In this document: positions 55,918 through 64,000 of the stretch, piece after piece | How the letters are laid out: each line of letters starts with the position of its first letter | How positions within the stretch are numbered: position 1 is the first letter of the stretch | Source: Escherichia phage vB_EcoM_3HA11 | Length of the DNA: 64,000 nucleotides | Sequence record: MN342150 | Reading direction: 5' to 3' (one strand) | Translations under genes and position numbers: made by a program | Notes under the pieces: generated by a model | Seen by the model: only the letters and a program-made list of their open reading frames with translations | Databases searched by the model: none | What the model was told of the DNA's origin: nothing

Positions 55918-56399
55918 TTCAAATATCCTTCTAAGCGAAAGCGGTTGATATGTTGTATGATAAAGTCCATAGAGTTTTGAAAACTATATTTCCCCTGATG
56001 CTCATATGCATGAATAAGGGGAAGTCGGCTGTGAGCCAATTGGAATCGCAGTCTTGGTGGCATAGACAACAACTTGGCTGATGTCGCCGCGATAATACGA
56101 GAACGCAATATGGGGGAATCCGAATCAACGAGAGGGATTTGCGTTTTACCCAAATCCAATCCATACTTCTTGGCTTCATAACCACTCAGATGCCGAAGAG
56201 CATCATCGCGATATTTTATCCAGTACCAATAACCCTCGATAGAATCGAAGTGTCCGTCCAGGGTTTCAATCGGATGATGGGTAAAATGCGATAGGAATTT
56301 TCCCAGATCAGTCCGGCTTTGGCTGTATATGTTGTAATGATTGACACCCTCAGTTATAGGCGTCATCGCTTTCTTTGAAACATTCAGTAATATAAGCAT
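55914..56399 (-). CDS. NADAR (YbiA/DUF1768)-like protein, putative ADP-ribose-processing enzyme
   Basis: LGKFLSHF...PI...DGHFDSIEGYWYW resembles the NADAR G-x-F-S-N-F ... E-H-Y-F core; start uncertain (TTG 56414 or ATG 56399). Confidence 0.45.
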   Translation of the reverse strand: MLILLNVSKKAMTPITEGVNHYNIYSQSRTDLGKFLSHFTHHPIETLDGHFDSIEGYWYWIKYRDDALRHLSGYEAKKYGLDLGKTQIPLVDSDSPILRSRIIAATSAKLLSMPPRLRFQLAHSRLPLIHAYEHQGKYSFQNSMDFIIQHINRFRLEGYLK

Positions 56400-56439
56400 G
56401 ATATAGAGTCTCAAATCAAAATTGCTGTGTGTAATCAGG

Positions 56440-56631
56440 TCAAATCTTTTTATATGCTTTCAGGGTACAGATAATAGAGACGCCGCCAAACAGAACGAGC
56501 AATATGAATCGTTCCATCCTGAAATCAGGAAGGGAAAGCAGTCCCACAAGGCTGTCTAAAGCAATCATGAACGTTACTCCAGTCAGCATGCCTAACTTAA
56601 AGGAGTTGGAACCTCTTTTGCAACGTAGCAT
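56440..56631 (-). CDS. small membrane protein
   Basis: Two hydrophobic segments in 63 aa. Confidence 0.3.
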   Translation of the reverse strand: MLRCKRGSNSFKLGMLTGVTFMIALDSLVGLLSLPDFRMERFILLVLFGGVSIICTLKAYKKI

Positions 56632-56678
56632 AAATCACCTCCGATTCAAATGGGGAGTTTCCTCCCCATACAAATTAT

Positions 56679-57182
56679 CTAGCCCAGAAACACTACTAAA
56701 GTCAAATTTGTAAAGCAGCTGCGATTATCTTTTAACATTTGATGGGCAGCGGAAAGGCGCTTAGCATCATGCAGAGTATCTGAAAACACGATGATATTGG
56801 CCTTGTCGATTTTGGTTCCCATAAAATTGGCCATGGTCGACGTTTTCTCTTTTCGATCAAATTTTTCATACTGCTCCCCTGTGGTTACATTTTTCGATTG
56901 AGTGAAAAACGTATCACGTTCACGAGCAGTGTGAAATACACCGAATACGTCGATTTCATTTTCAATTTGGAATTTTTCAGAAAGGAGTTTCTTTAACGCC
57001 GCAGTGTGACCAGTCTGGCGAAGCATTCGATAGTAGAGCATGCTCCCACTGTCTGCGGGATCAAGGTCGTGACGAATCCGACGATCTTTTTGAATTTCAT
57101 ACACATCTAGAACCAATTGTTGTAGCATTTCAATATGCGCATTAAGGGATACTTCTACTTTTCGTTTAACTAAAGATTTCAT
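56679..57182 (-). CDS. hypothetical protein
   Basis: ORF. Confidence 0.4.
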   Translation of the reverse strand: MKSLVKRKVEVSLNAHIEMLQQLVLDVYEIQKDRRIRHDLDPADSGSMLYYRMLRQTGHTAALKKLLSEKFQIENEIDVFGVFHTARERDTFFTQSKNVTTGEQYEKFDRKEKTSTMANFMGTKIDKANIIVFSDTLHDAKRLSAAHQMLKDNRSCFTNLTLVVFLG

Positions 57183-57242
57183 TGTTGTAGCCTCGAATTT
57201 ACGTTCCGCTCATGGGGAACATAAAAATTATACCCTTAGACA

Positions 57243-57270
57243 CAACAATGAAAAAGAGGCCGAAGCCTCT
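57243..57270 (-). terminator. rho-independent terminator on minus strand (GAGGC-TTCG-GCCTC plus T run)
   Basis: Hairpin after the gene at 57271. Confidence 0.5.
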
Positions 57271-57492
57271 TTAATCGTCATATTTGCCTGTCCTGAAATT
57301 CCATTTCCTGGCCTTGGATAGGTCAAGATCTTTGAATATATTACCGAAGATCTTTTTAAACCCTGACTCTTCTTCAAGATCTTTCGGTCTCTTGACAGGT
57401 TCTTGAACCATACCGCCTTCGGGTTTCCCCACATCAGCGGTAGTGGTGGCCGGAGCAGAAGAGTCTTCGAGGTAATCCTGGAAGCTCTTCAT
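57271..57492 (-). CDS. small internal-protein-like protein (N-terminus MKSFQDYLEDS)
   Basis: Capsid-targeting-like N-terminus; directly downstream of the Hoc-like gene. Confidence 0.5.
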   Translation of the reverse strand: MKSFQDYLEDSSAPATTTADVGKPEGGMVQEPVKRPKDLEEESGFKKIFGNIFKDLDLSKARKWNFRTGKYDD

Positions 57493-57495
57493 AAA

Positions 57496-58305
57496 TTACA
57501 CCACAGCCAGTTCACAACGGGCGGAAGTTACAGAATGGCCGTCCGCGTCTTCTACAACACACCAGTACTCACCCTCAGAAGCAGCGGTGACAGCGTGGTT
57601 GACCAGAGACGCAGTCGCTGCTGTTGGGTTAACACCAGCATCAATCACCACACCTTCGCCGCCAGGGGTGTCAGAGTAATACCACACATAAGAGTACGGC
57701 GCGGTGCCGCCAGCAGCAACGATAGTGAATGTCGCATCAGCGCCGTCGGCCACGTCCTGAGAAGCAGCCAGATCGGTTGTCAACGACAACAGTCCTGCGA
57801 TGGTAATGACGGTAGAATCGGTGTGATTTCCTTCTACAGTAACACCATAAACTGTAACAGAACCAGACTGAAGCAGTTTGAATTTACCACCGCCGATATG
57901 GATCGCCTTCGCCAGGTCGCCAGAATACCAGTTCACTCCTTGATATGTTGCGTTCACAGGAGCAACAGTGGCCAGCAATTCAACGATTTGGCCTATTTCC
58001 CCGCTGGCAGTAGCCGGAGTAATGGTCAGACCCGTGGTCAGAACAGCAGTCGGATCATGGATTTCATAAGAAACCTGGAAACCTACTGGCTTGGTCGGAT
58101 CAACTTTGGTGACACCGTCCGCTTGCAGATTGCTTTTGGTCAGCAATGCATCAAGACCTTTACATTCGGTCAGGATCTCATCAGGATCTTGATTTAGGCT
58201 GGTTTTTTGCCAACCCTTTGCAACACCCGTCACGACATGATTGCGTTCGGTTTCCGGTTTGTTGCGGACAACTTCCGGCGCGACTAATACTGTGATTGTT
58301 GGCAT
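57496..58305 (-). CDS. Ig-like domain capsid decoration protein (Hoc-like)
   Basis: Ala/Thr/Val/Gly-rich beta repeats with C-terminal I-set-like signature GEYWCVVEDADGHSVTSARCELAV; ATG at 58305 with SD GGAGGA. Confidence 0.5.
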   Translation of the reverse strand: MPTITVLVAPEVVRNKPETERNHVVTGVAKGWQKTSLNQDPDEILTECKGLDALLTKSNLQADGVTKVDPTKPVGFQVSYEIHDPTAVLTTGLTITPATASGEIGQIVELLATVAPVNATYQGVNWYSGDLAKAIHIGGGKFKLLQSGSVTVYGVTVEGNHTDSTVITIAGLLSLTTDLAASQDVADGADATFTIVAAGGTAPYSYVWYYSDTPGGEGVVIDAGVNPTAATASLVNHAVTAASEGEYWCVVEDADGHSVTSARCELAVV

Positions 58306-58676
58306 GGTTTCCTCCACTCATCCAAATCGTTGTTCAGAGCCATCATCAGCTCGTTATCTGGTTCGTATGAACCGGAACATAAATCATCTCTCCAAACTCC
58401 TAACGTCAACAGTGCTGCCTTTAGACGAGGATGTTGGTTCTTATCCGTTTTCAACACCAGCATTCGACACACAGCTTCAGTTTCGAAAGTATTGAAAAGA
58501 ATAATCAATTGATTGATAAGCACACGAGGACTTTTCCCTGGCACAAATCTCTTCAATGATTGATTAATTAGCGAAATTCGCTGAATGTCTACCATCAAAT
58601 CATCCCGTGAGACACCAGCAGTGATATAGTGTCTCAGGGCATATTCCATCAAATTGCTTTCGTCAACGATAGCCAT
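58284..58676 (-). CDS. hypothetical protein
   Basis: ORF. Confidence 0.4.
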   Translation of the reverse strand: MAIVDESNLMEYALRHYITAGVSRDDLMVDIQRISLINQSLKRFVPGKSPRVLINQLIILFNTFETEAVCRMLVLKTDKNQHPRLKAALLTLGVWRDDLCSGSYEPDNELMMALNNDLDEWRKPCQQSQY

Positions 58677-58708
58677 ATTGAATTATAATCAGCAGTTATA
58701 CACTGGGA

Positions 58709-59122
58709 TTATTTAATCTGGAGTTTTTCAGTCAATTGAGCAATAATTTCATTCCGGTCGGTAGAAACAATTCCCAAAGGTTCGGCCAATGTTTTAAGAT
58801 CATTGATGTCAAGCAAGAGAAGGACTTCAACCGTAATATCGGTGGATACCACAGTGCCTGGTTTCATAGGCTTACCGAACTTGTCTAACCCATATCGACG
58901 TAAAGTACCCGCCAGCCCCGTAAGTTCCTCCAGAAGCTCCTTCGTGCCGTCTTTGTATTCACAGACCCAACCGTAGTCACCAGCATAAACTACGCCACCG
59001 TCGCCCCCCTGAGGGATGTTATCCACCACACGCTGGAGATAACTTGGAAGTTTGTTTTCTTCCTGGGCGGTGATTTCCTGGGAAGTTTGGGTATTTTCAA
59101 TTTTCTTTGGTGTCTTCGCCAT
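58709..59122 (-). CDS. hypothetical protein
   Basis: ATG at 59122 with SD GGAGAA. Confidence 0.4.
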   Translation of the reverse strand: MAKTPKKIENTQTSQEITAQEENKLPSYLQRVVDNIPQGGDGGVVYAGDYGWVCEYKDGTKELLEELTGLAGTLRRYGLDKFGKPMKPGTVVSTDITVEVLLLLDINDLKTLAEPLGIVSTDRNEIIAQLTEKLQIK

Positions 59123-59396
59123 GATCAGTTCTCCTATAGACTGTAATGTATTTACCACAGCAATTGCAGCAATAAACGTGCATGGAATATCCGTCGTCAT
59201 TGAAATCACACCCACCACAACGACAGAACAATTTCACAAACTGGTCACCACTGACTTCTCTTGGAGGAAAATTCTTAAACGAGTATTCTCTGAGTTCACC
59301 CTCAAATTGGAATGAATCAACAAGGAACTTTGTTTTTCGGCGCAGTGATCCAAATGCCTGTTGCTCATACACGAAGTAAACATCTCTGGTTTCCAT
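59097..59396 (-). CDS. small Cys-rich protein (CRCGGC ... CCNCCGK)
   Basis: 8 Cys in 99 aa. Confidence 0.4.
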   Translation of the reverse strand: METRDVYFVYEQQAFGSLRRKTKFLVDSFQFEGELREYSFKNFPPREVSGDQFVKLFCRCGGCDFNDDGYSMHVYCCNCCGKYITVYRRTDHGEDTKEN

Positions 59397-59407
59397 ATTA
59401 ACCTCAA

Positions 59408-59438
59408 AGAAAAGGAGGCCGAAGCCTCCTCTTTTATG
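59408..59438. terminator. terminator hairpin (GGAGGC-CGAA-GCCTCC flanked by A and T runs)
   Basis: Perfect stem between rIIB and the downstream small genes. Confidence 0.55.
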
Positions 59439-59449
59439 TCAGTTCGCGG

Positions 59450-61033
59450 TTACTTGTACAGACCGTCAACGTCAATAGATTTATGTTGGCGGTTGTATTC
59501 CGTGGTATAGTCATCCATCACGAGATATTCACAGCAACGGATTTTACTAGAACCGTAATCATCAGTGATAGACACGATGTCTTTCGGGTTCAGTTTACAA
59601 CGCACAACCCGCTGGCCCAGGCTACCGAAACATTGTTTCAGATACGCCAGAGAACAAACGTGAAGACCATAGGAGCACAGGTCTTTGTTGTTATCGTTCA
59701 CGAATGAGCGAGCCATCCGGACGATAGTGCCAGGTGCGTTGCTGACTTTACCTGTGCGCTTATCCATATAATTTCCGCGAACGGATTTGTATAGAATAAT
59801 GTCGCCGTCTTCATGAATCTCAATGTCTGAGTATGCCATGAATTCATAGATCCGACCAGACTGAACCAGCGCGGCGCTCGGGTTTTGGAACATCTTGTCA
59901 AGGAAACGGCCCAAGCGTTCCAAGTTCGGATAATCGCCTTTTAATGCCAAAGCCAAAATGCGTTTGGCAACGGAAGTTCCGGTGATATCATAGCCACCCC
60001 AGCGAACACGGTTGTCTGAAAGATCAACCATGCCTGTAGTGAATTGTTTGATGGCTTCACGCGGTTTCATCAGAGTGTAAGCTGTTTTGACGTCACGATT
60101 TTTAATCGCTTCAACAATACGGTCATACGCCTGGTGGCTCGTTGTGATCGTTTCCGGTTTACCATCGACCACAATCACGATACTTTCCGGCAAAATCATG
60201 ATCTGGTGTTCGTTCAGGAACACAGACAGTTCTTTTTCATTAAATGAATTCTGAGTTTGCTTGTCGCCTGTTTCTTCAACAACTGCAACCGTCTTGACCA
60301 CGAATAATACGGATGACAATGCCAGACGAAGTGTACGGCCTAAAATTGCATCAAAGTAACCCACGCGCCGACGGGCATCAAGGGAACCGCGCATCGGATA
60401 TGTTTCACCGTCATGCTGTACGCTGATTTCCACACCATCATTGACTTTAACCACGCCATCAACCAATGCAGTAGCCAGTTCTGCTAACGGCGAAATATTT
60501 TCTTCATTGAAGCGGCTTGACCGAGTTTCTAACGGTTTCAGTTCTTCGCTTCTGAAAAGTTTGGCCTGAATAGCAGCAGAGCTATCATAACGCATACAGA
60601 TAAACACTGTTTGGTTTTCCAGGAAACGGCCAACATACCATTCTTCGCCTTCAGAATCGACAGACACCGAACCTTCCAGAACTTCATAGGTGTCGGGGAT
60701 TTTGCCTTCTTCAGTCAATTCTTTAATTGGCGAAATCACGACCACGTTATTAGATTCTTTGATGATACGAACCATCAGGGCGCGGGCAATTGTTTTGGCA
60801 CTGACACCATAAATTGATGCCAGAGAAGAATTGCTTTCACCTTTGCTGCTCTTGGTTTGTATTTCTTGAATCTGTTCTGTGGTCAGAGACTTAATCGAAG
60901 CCGGATCCACTCCCAGTTCTTTATCCGACACGCGTTGTATCATTGAGCGCGGTACGCCCAATTCACTGGCTATTGAACTTTGACTTCTGTTCTCATTCAA
61001 CAGCTTGAGAATACGTTTTTCTATAGCATTCAT
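59450..61033 (-). CDS. rIIB: rIIB-like protein (membrane-associated rII protein B)
   Basis: N-terminal HTH-like region plus C-terminal block CSYGLHVCS...RVVRCKLNPKDIVSI matching T4 rIIB; 527 aa, directly downstream of rIIA. Confidence 0.8.
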   Translation of the reverse strand: MNAIEKRILKLLNENRSQSSIASELGVPRSMIQRVSDKELGVDPASIKSLTTEQIQEIQTKSSKGESNSSLASIYGVSAKTIARALMVRIIKESNNVVVISPIKELTEEGKIPDTYEVLEGSVSVDSEGEEWYVGRFLENQTVFICMRYDSSAAIQAKLFRSEELKPLETRSSRFNEENISPLAELATALVDGVVKVNDGVEISVQHDGETYPMRGSLDARRRVGYFDAILGRTLRLALSSVLFVVKTVAVVEETGDKQTQNSFNEKELSVFLNEHQIMILPESIVIVVDGKPETITTSHQAYDRIVEAIKNRDVKTAYTLMKPREAIKQFTTGMVDLSDNRVRWGGYDITGTSVAKRILALALKGDYPNLERLGRFLDKMFQNPSAALVQSGRIYEFMAYSDIEIHEDGDIILYKSVRGNYMDKRTGKVSNAPGTIVRMARSFVNDNNKDLCSYGLHVCSLAYLKQCFGSLGQRVVRCKLNPKDIVSITDDYGSSKIRCCEYLVMDDYTTEYNRQHKSIDVDGLYK

Positions 61034-61065
61034 CTTGTAGTTCTCACTGTGGGGTAATGGGGCTA

Positions 61066-63807
61066 TTATGCCCCGAGAATACGTTTTGAAATAGCCTTCA
61101 CAAATCTAGTGGCATCTTCAATCGCATTATGCGCCGTTGGCTGATATTTTGACATCATGAATTTCACCAAACGATGACATTCAACTCGGTATCGGTTTTT
61201 GGCCTTTTGCTTTTGAGATATAGTGCTAGTGACCTTTATCTCATCAAATCCTTCAGTAGTTAATTTTTCATTCAATAAATCAACAACTTGAGTTAACTGG
61301 TTACAGGCGCGGAAAAATCTCGTAGTTGAGAAAGGCATTTCTATACGATAATGTAATTCCTCAACAGCCTTGCGGAAATAACCGTACCCCGATCCAGACG
61401 GGTTTCGTTTGGCCAGCATACGAACAACCTTCCATTCTTCTTCAGTGATTTGTTGTTTCGCATAACCGATGATTGCTTTTGCCCTGTGTTGATGATGAGC
61501 ATAGCCATCCGTAACTTCTCCATGGGAATCAATCAACAGCTTGGCACCATAATCAATGCGATGAGACATGATGTTTATGCCCTTGCGAAGTTTCAGGAGT
61601 TTCTTAGATTCAAGCGCCTGAAATTCATCTTTATAATGCTCAAGCAACATATCAAACACTGCGTCAATGGGGATGAATACTTCTGGGAATTTCTTCATCA
61701 TCGGAACAGATTTACGACGCGCAAGAACGATTGTTGGATGCGCTCCCAGCAAATCAAACATGTTTTCGTTTCCATTCTCGCCGAACTTCGTTCTTTCCAT
61801 CGCTTCACGCAAATGTCCAGCCGTGGATTGTCGTAAGGTATTACCATGAATTTTATGGATACCTTCTCGGCCAGATACTTCGATGTATACGATCTTTTTG
61901 CCTGAATCAATAATATCTGAAACGGTTTTTCCATCCAATTCATAAACGCTGTCGAAGTTAAATGAATTGTAATGGAAACTAAACATCCCAGGATCTTTTT
62001 CAACGGTCGGGCGAACATATTCCATTTCATGCATGAAATAAACTTCATCCGGATTGAATAAATCGCCAAAAACCTCGATCAGTTTATCGGCAAAGACCAG
62101 GTAGTCCGGTGTTGTTTCTTGTACACCGATCCATGATTCAAAATAAGACTTCAATTCCTCATGGTTGGTGAATGATTCTTTATGTGCCGCCAGCTGATTC
62201 CGATTACTGAAATAATTTTCATTCGGTTTGACGACGATAACGACATTGAAGTTATTGCGTGCTGTTTGTATCTTCAGGTTTCGAGCACGATTCGAGTTAT
62301 CAATAATAACAGCAATTTTTGATTTAGATTTCAACCAATTTCCGACAGAGTTCACATAAATGCTGTCGTGTACTACACCGTCGTCGTGTACTTCAATTTC
62401 GTAAGGACTACCAATAGACCGGAAAGGTGCATCCACAGAGTAATCGCGCACGACGTCCGGCGCTCCGATATAACGGAACGTGCCTTTGTAGAAACGGTTA
62501 TCTGCAGGAAATTCTCGCTCCACTAATTTACGGAAACCACTACCGAACATATCGGTCAATTGAGCCTTCTTCATATAAAGCATAAGAGGACCCATAGATT
62601 CGGCCTGGCGAAGTTCATACATCTTCGCCTGCATAATATTGTCAGCCACATATTTGAACACTCGGTTCAGGCTTTCACGGGTGAACTCGTCATATGACAA
62701 GTCTTCACGTGATGGAGGAACATTCAATTCTCCAAGTTCAAAGAATGTATAGGAACTCGGGAATTTCTCCAGCACCGAACGTATTTCAGAATCCAATTGC
62801 TCAAGATCTATCGGATAAGAAACCCCGCCCATAACGGCATAGTGGGTATTATCAGAATCAGACTTCGGCTGAATATACGTGTTGCCCACACGGTTTTCAA
62901 AATTGATGTCCTGCCAGCGGAAAGAATAACTGGCATTTTCAACCTTCGGGCGCATTGATGGGCGCATAACTCGACCCAGACGGACCAGTTCTTGTTCAAA
63001 TGCGGTAAATCGCTGATTCTTTACAGGCACTTTAACAGTCAGACCATTGAACTCATCAGTGTCTTCTGGTTTCGGATCACGGGTATCCAAATCCTTGGTG
63101 ATCAGGTCCACAGTAGGAATCCTGTCCGCATTCAGATACATAAGGAAGCGATACAGTTTACCTTCATAACGACTTTCTACAGTAAATGAGTCCGACACTG
63201 CAAATGGGGATTTAGAACCCAGACCAAACGCGCCGATCTGCCCGTCGTCGTCCTCTTTGGTGCTATGGAAGAGTGTGGTGTACAAACCAGGTCCACGGAT
63301 GATCTCGCCATCCTCAGCGCGGAATACCAACACCCCATTGTAATAACCAGGCGTCCCAATAACAGCAGTGCTGTCAGGGATCTCATCTTCCTTTACAACA
63401 ATGTTGCCTTCGACAAGCACTTCATCTTCCCGCGCTGCGATAGGTTCCCCGATAATCATTTCTAACGGAAGGCCAATCCCATAATCCTTGATTTCCAACC
63501 ATGGTTCCATAACATCAGGTAAATGGACCACAACGGGCGTCCCTTTGGGAGCAAGATGCTTGCTGTATCTTTGGGGCATAGGGGTAAGAGGGGCATAATG
63601 GGACGGCAACCAACGCTGTTGGCGATCGCGCATATTATGCGAGTCTATACCGTTACATAACGTCTCACGCAAAGATGCGGCCTCTTTATATTTGTAGAGA
63701 CTTGAGAACAATGTTTCAAATAATTTATCCGTCATCTTGACATTAAATGTCTGTCCGACGATAGTGGAAGAAGAGCGCACGAAATGCTCAGACTTGCGCA
63801 TTTTCAT
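61066..63807 (-). CDS. rIIA: rIIA-like protein (GHKL ATPase-fold rII protein A)
   Basis: N-terminal LFSSLYKYKEAASLRETLCNGIDSH matches T4 rIIA [25 protein letters not shown]; 913 aa. Confidence 0.82.
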   Translation of the reverse strand: MKMRKSEHFVRSSSTIVGQTFNVKMTDKLFETLFSSLYKYKEAASLRETLCNGIDSHNMRDRQQRWLPSHYAPLTPMPQRYSKHLAPKGTPVVVHLPDVMEPWLEIKDYGIGLPLEMIIGEPIAAREDEVLVEGNIVVKEDEIPDSTAVIGTPGYYNGVLVFRAEDGEIIRGPGLYTTLFHSTKEDDDGQIGAFGLGSKSPFAVSDSFTVESRYEGKLYRFLMYLNADRIPTVDLITKDLDTRDPKPEDTDEFNGLTVKVPVKNQRFTAFEQELVRLGRVMRPSMRPKVENASYSFRWQDINFENRVGNTYIQPKSDSDNTHYAVMGGVSYPIDLEQLDSEIRSVLEKFPSSYTFFELGELNVPPSREDLSYDEFTRESLNRVFKYVADNIMQAKMYELRQAESMGPLMLYMKKAQLTDMFGSGFRKLVEREFPADNRFYKGTFRYIGAPDVVRDYSVDAPFRSIGSPYEIEVHDDGVVHDSIYVNSVGNWLKSKSKIAVIIDNSNRARNLKIQTARNNFNVVIVVKPNENYFSNRNQLAAHKESFTNHEELKSYFESWIGVQETTPDYLVFADKLIEVFGDLFNPDEVYFMHEMEYVRPTVEKDPGMFSFHYNSFNFDSVYELDGKTVSDIIDSGKKIVYIEVSGREGIHKIHGNTLRQSTAGHLREAMERTKFGENGNENMFDLLGAHPTIVLARRKSVPMMKKFPEVFIPIDAVFDMLLEHYKDEFQALESKKLLKLRKGINIMSHRIDYGAKLLIDSHGEVTDGYAHHQHRAKAIIGYAKQQITEEEWKVVRMLAKRNPSGSGYGYFRKAVEELHYRIEMPFSTTRFFRACNQLTQVVDLLNEKLTTEGFDEIKVTSTISQKQKAKNRYRVECHRLVKFMMSKYQPTAHNAIEDATRFVKAISKRILGA

Positions 63808-63875
63808 AGTATAGAATTCCTATTCAGTTTCAAAGGGAAACACATTATTGGGTAATGGGTATGATACTGGTGGGA

Positions 63876-63904
63876 GACTCAATAGAAAAAGCCTCCAAAA
63901 GGAG
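63876..63904 (-). terminator. rho-independent terminator on minus strand (GCCTCC-TTTT-GGAGGC plus T run)
   Basis: Hairpin between a truncated upstream gene and rIIA. Confidence 0.5.
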
Positions 63905-63916
63905 GCTTAATCAGGT

Positions 63917-64000
63917 TTAACTCTGGTCTACATTTACAACGGCAGCGTTAAAGTTGAATGTCGGATGGGTAGCGCCTGGCTCTAACGTTTCTTCCAGATA
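63917..64000 (-). CDS. 3' end of a minus-strand gene that starts beyond the window
   Basis: Open frame from the window edge ending at a TAA near 63917 (translation ...VVNVDQS). Confidence 0.25.
   Translation of the reverse strand, partial: YLEETLEPGATHPTFNFNAAVVNVDQS

Noticed and set aside
1-64000. CRISPR arrays, rRNA, integrase or transposase genes
   Set aside because: No direct-repeat/spacer periodicity, no rRNA-like conserved blocks and no recombinase motifs seen; the region is uniformly phage-like

Overview
This window reads as a contiguous piece of a lytic T4-like myovirus genome (Straboviridae-type gene content). I found no integrase, rRNA, convincing tRNA or CRISPR array. Recognisable modules: (1) 1-8 kb, an internal-protein/early region with several proteins carrying a T4-style capsid-targeting N-terminus, then primase gp61, endolysin and PhoH; (2) 10-14 kb, NrdA/NrdB/glutaredoxin; (3) 15-19 kb, baseplate gp25 and a CHAP-type gp5 plus other late genes; (4) 21-26 kb, gp32 SSB and divergent late genes; (5) 26-32 kb, a translationally coupled operon P-loop kinase / thymidylate-synthase-family pyrimidine hydroxymethylase / dNMP kinase / dCTPase / unknown / UvsX / gp41 helicase, which looks like a DNA base-modification pathway without T4-type glucosyltransferases and is my best candidate for an undescribed system; (6) 36-44 kb, DNA ligase, gp59-like loader, tape-measure and baseplate-hub operon; (7) 44.7-57 kb, a minus-strand accessory island with dCMP deaminase, a QueC-like PP-loop enzyme, DexA-like exonuclease, macro-domain and NADAR-like ADP-ribose enzymes and a MazG-like NTPase, interrupted by topoisomerase II gp52/gp39; (8) 57-64 kb, Hoc-like Ig protein and rIIB/rIIA. 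All functional names come from motif-level recognition against remembered T4 and family sequences, not database searches. CDS coordinates follow the supplied ORF track, with starts moved where a Shine-Dalgarno plus ATG/GTG is clearer. Coordinates of promoters and terminators were counted by hand and may be off by a few bases.
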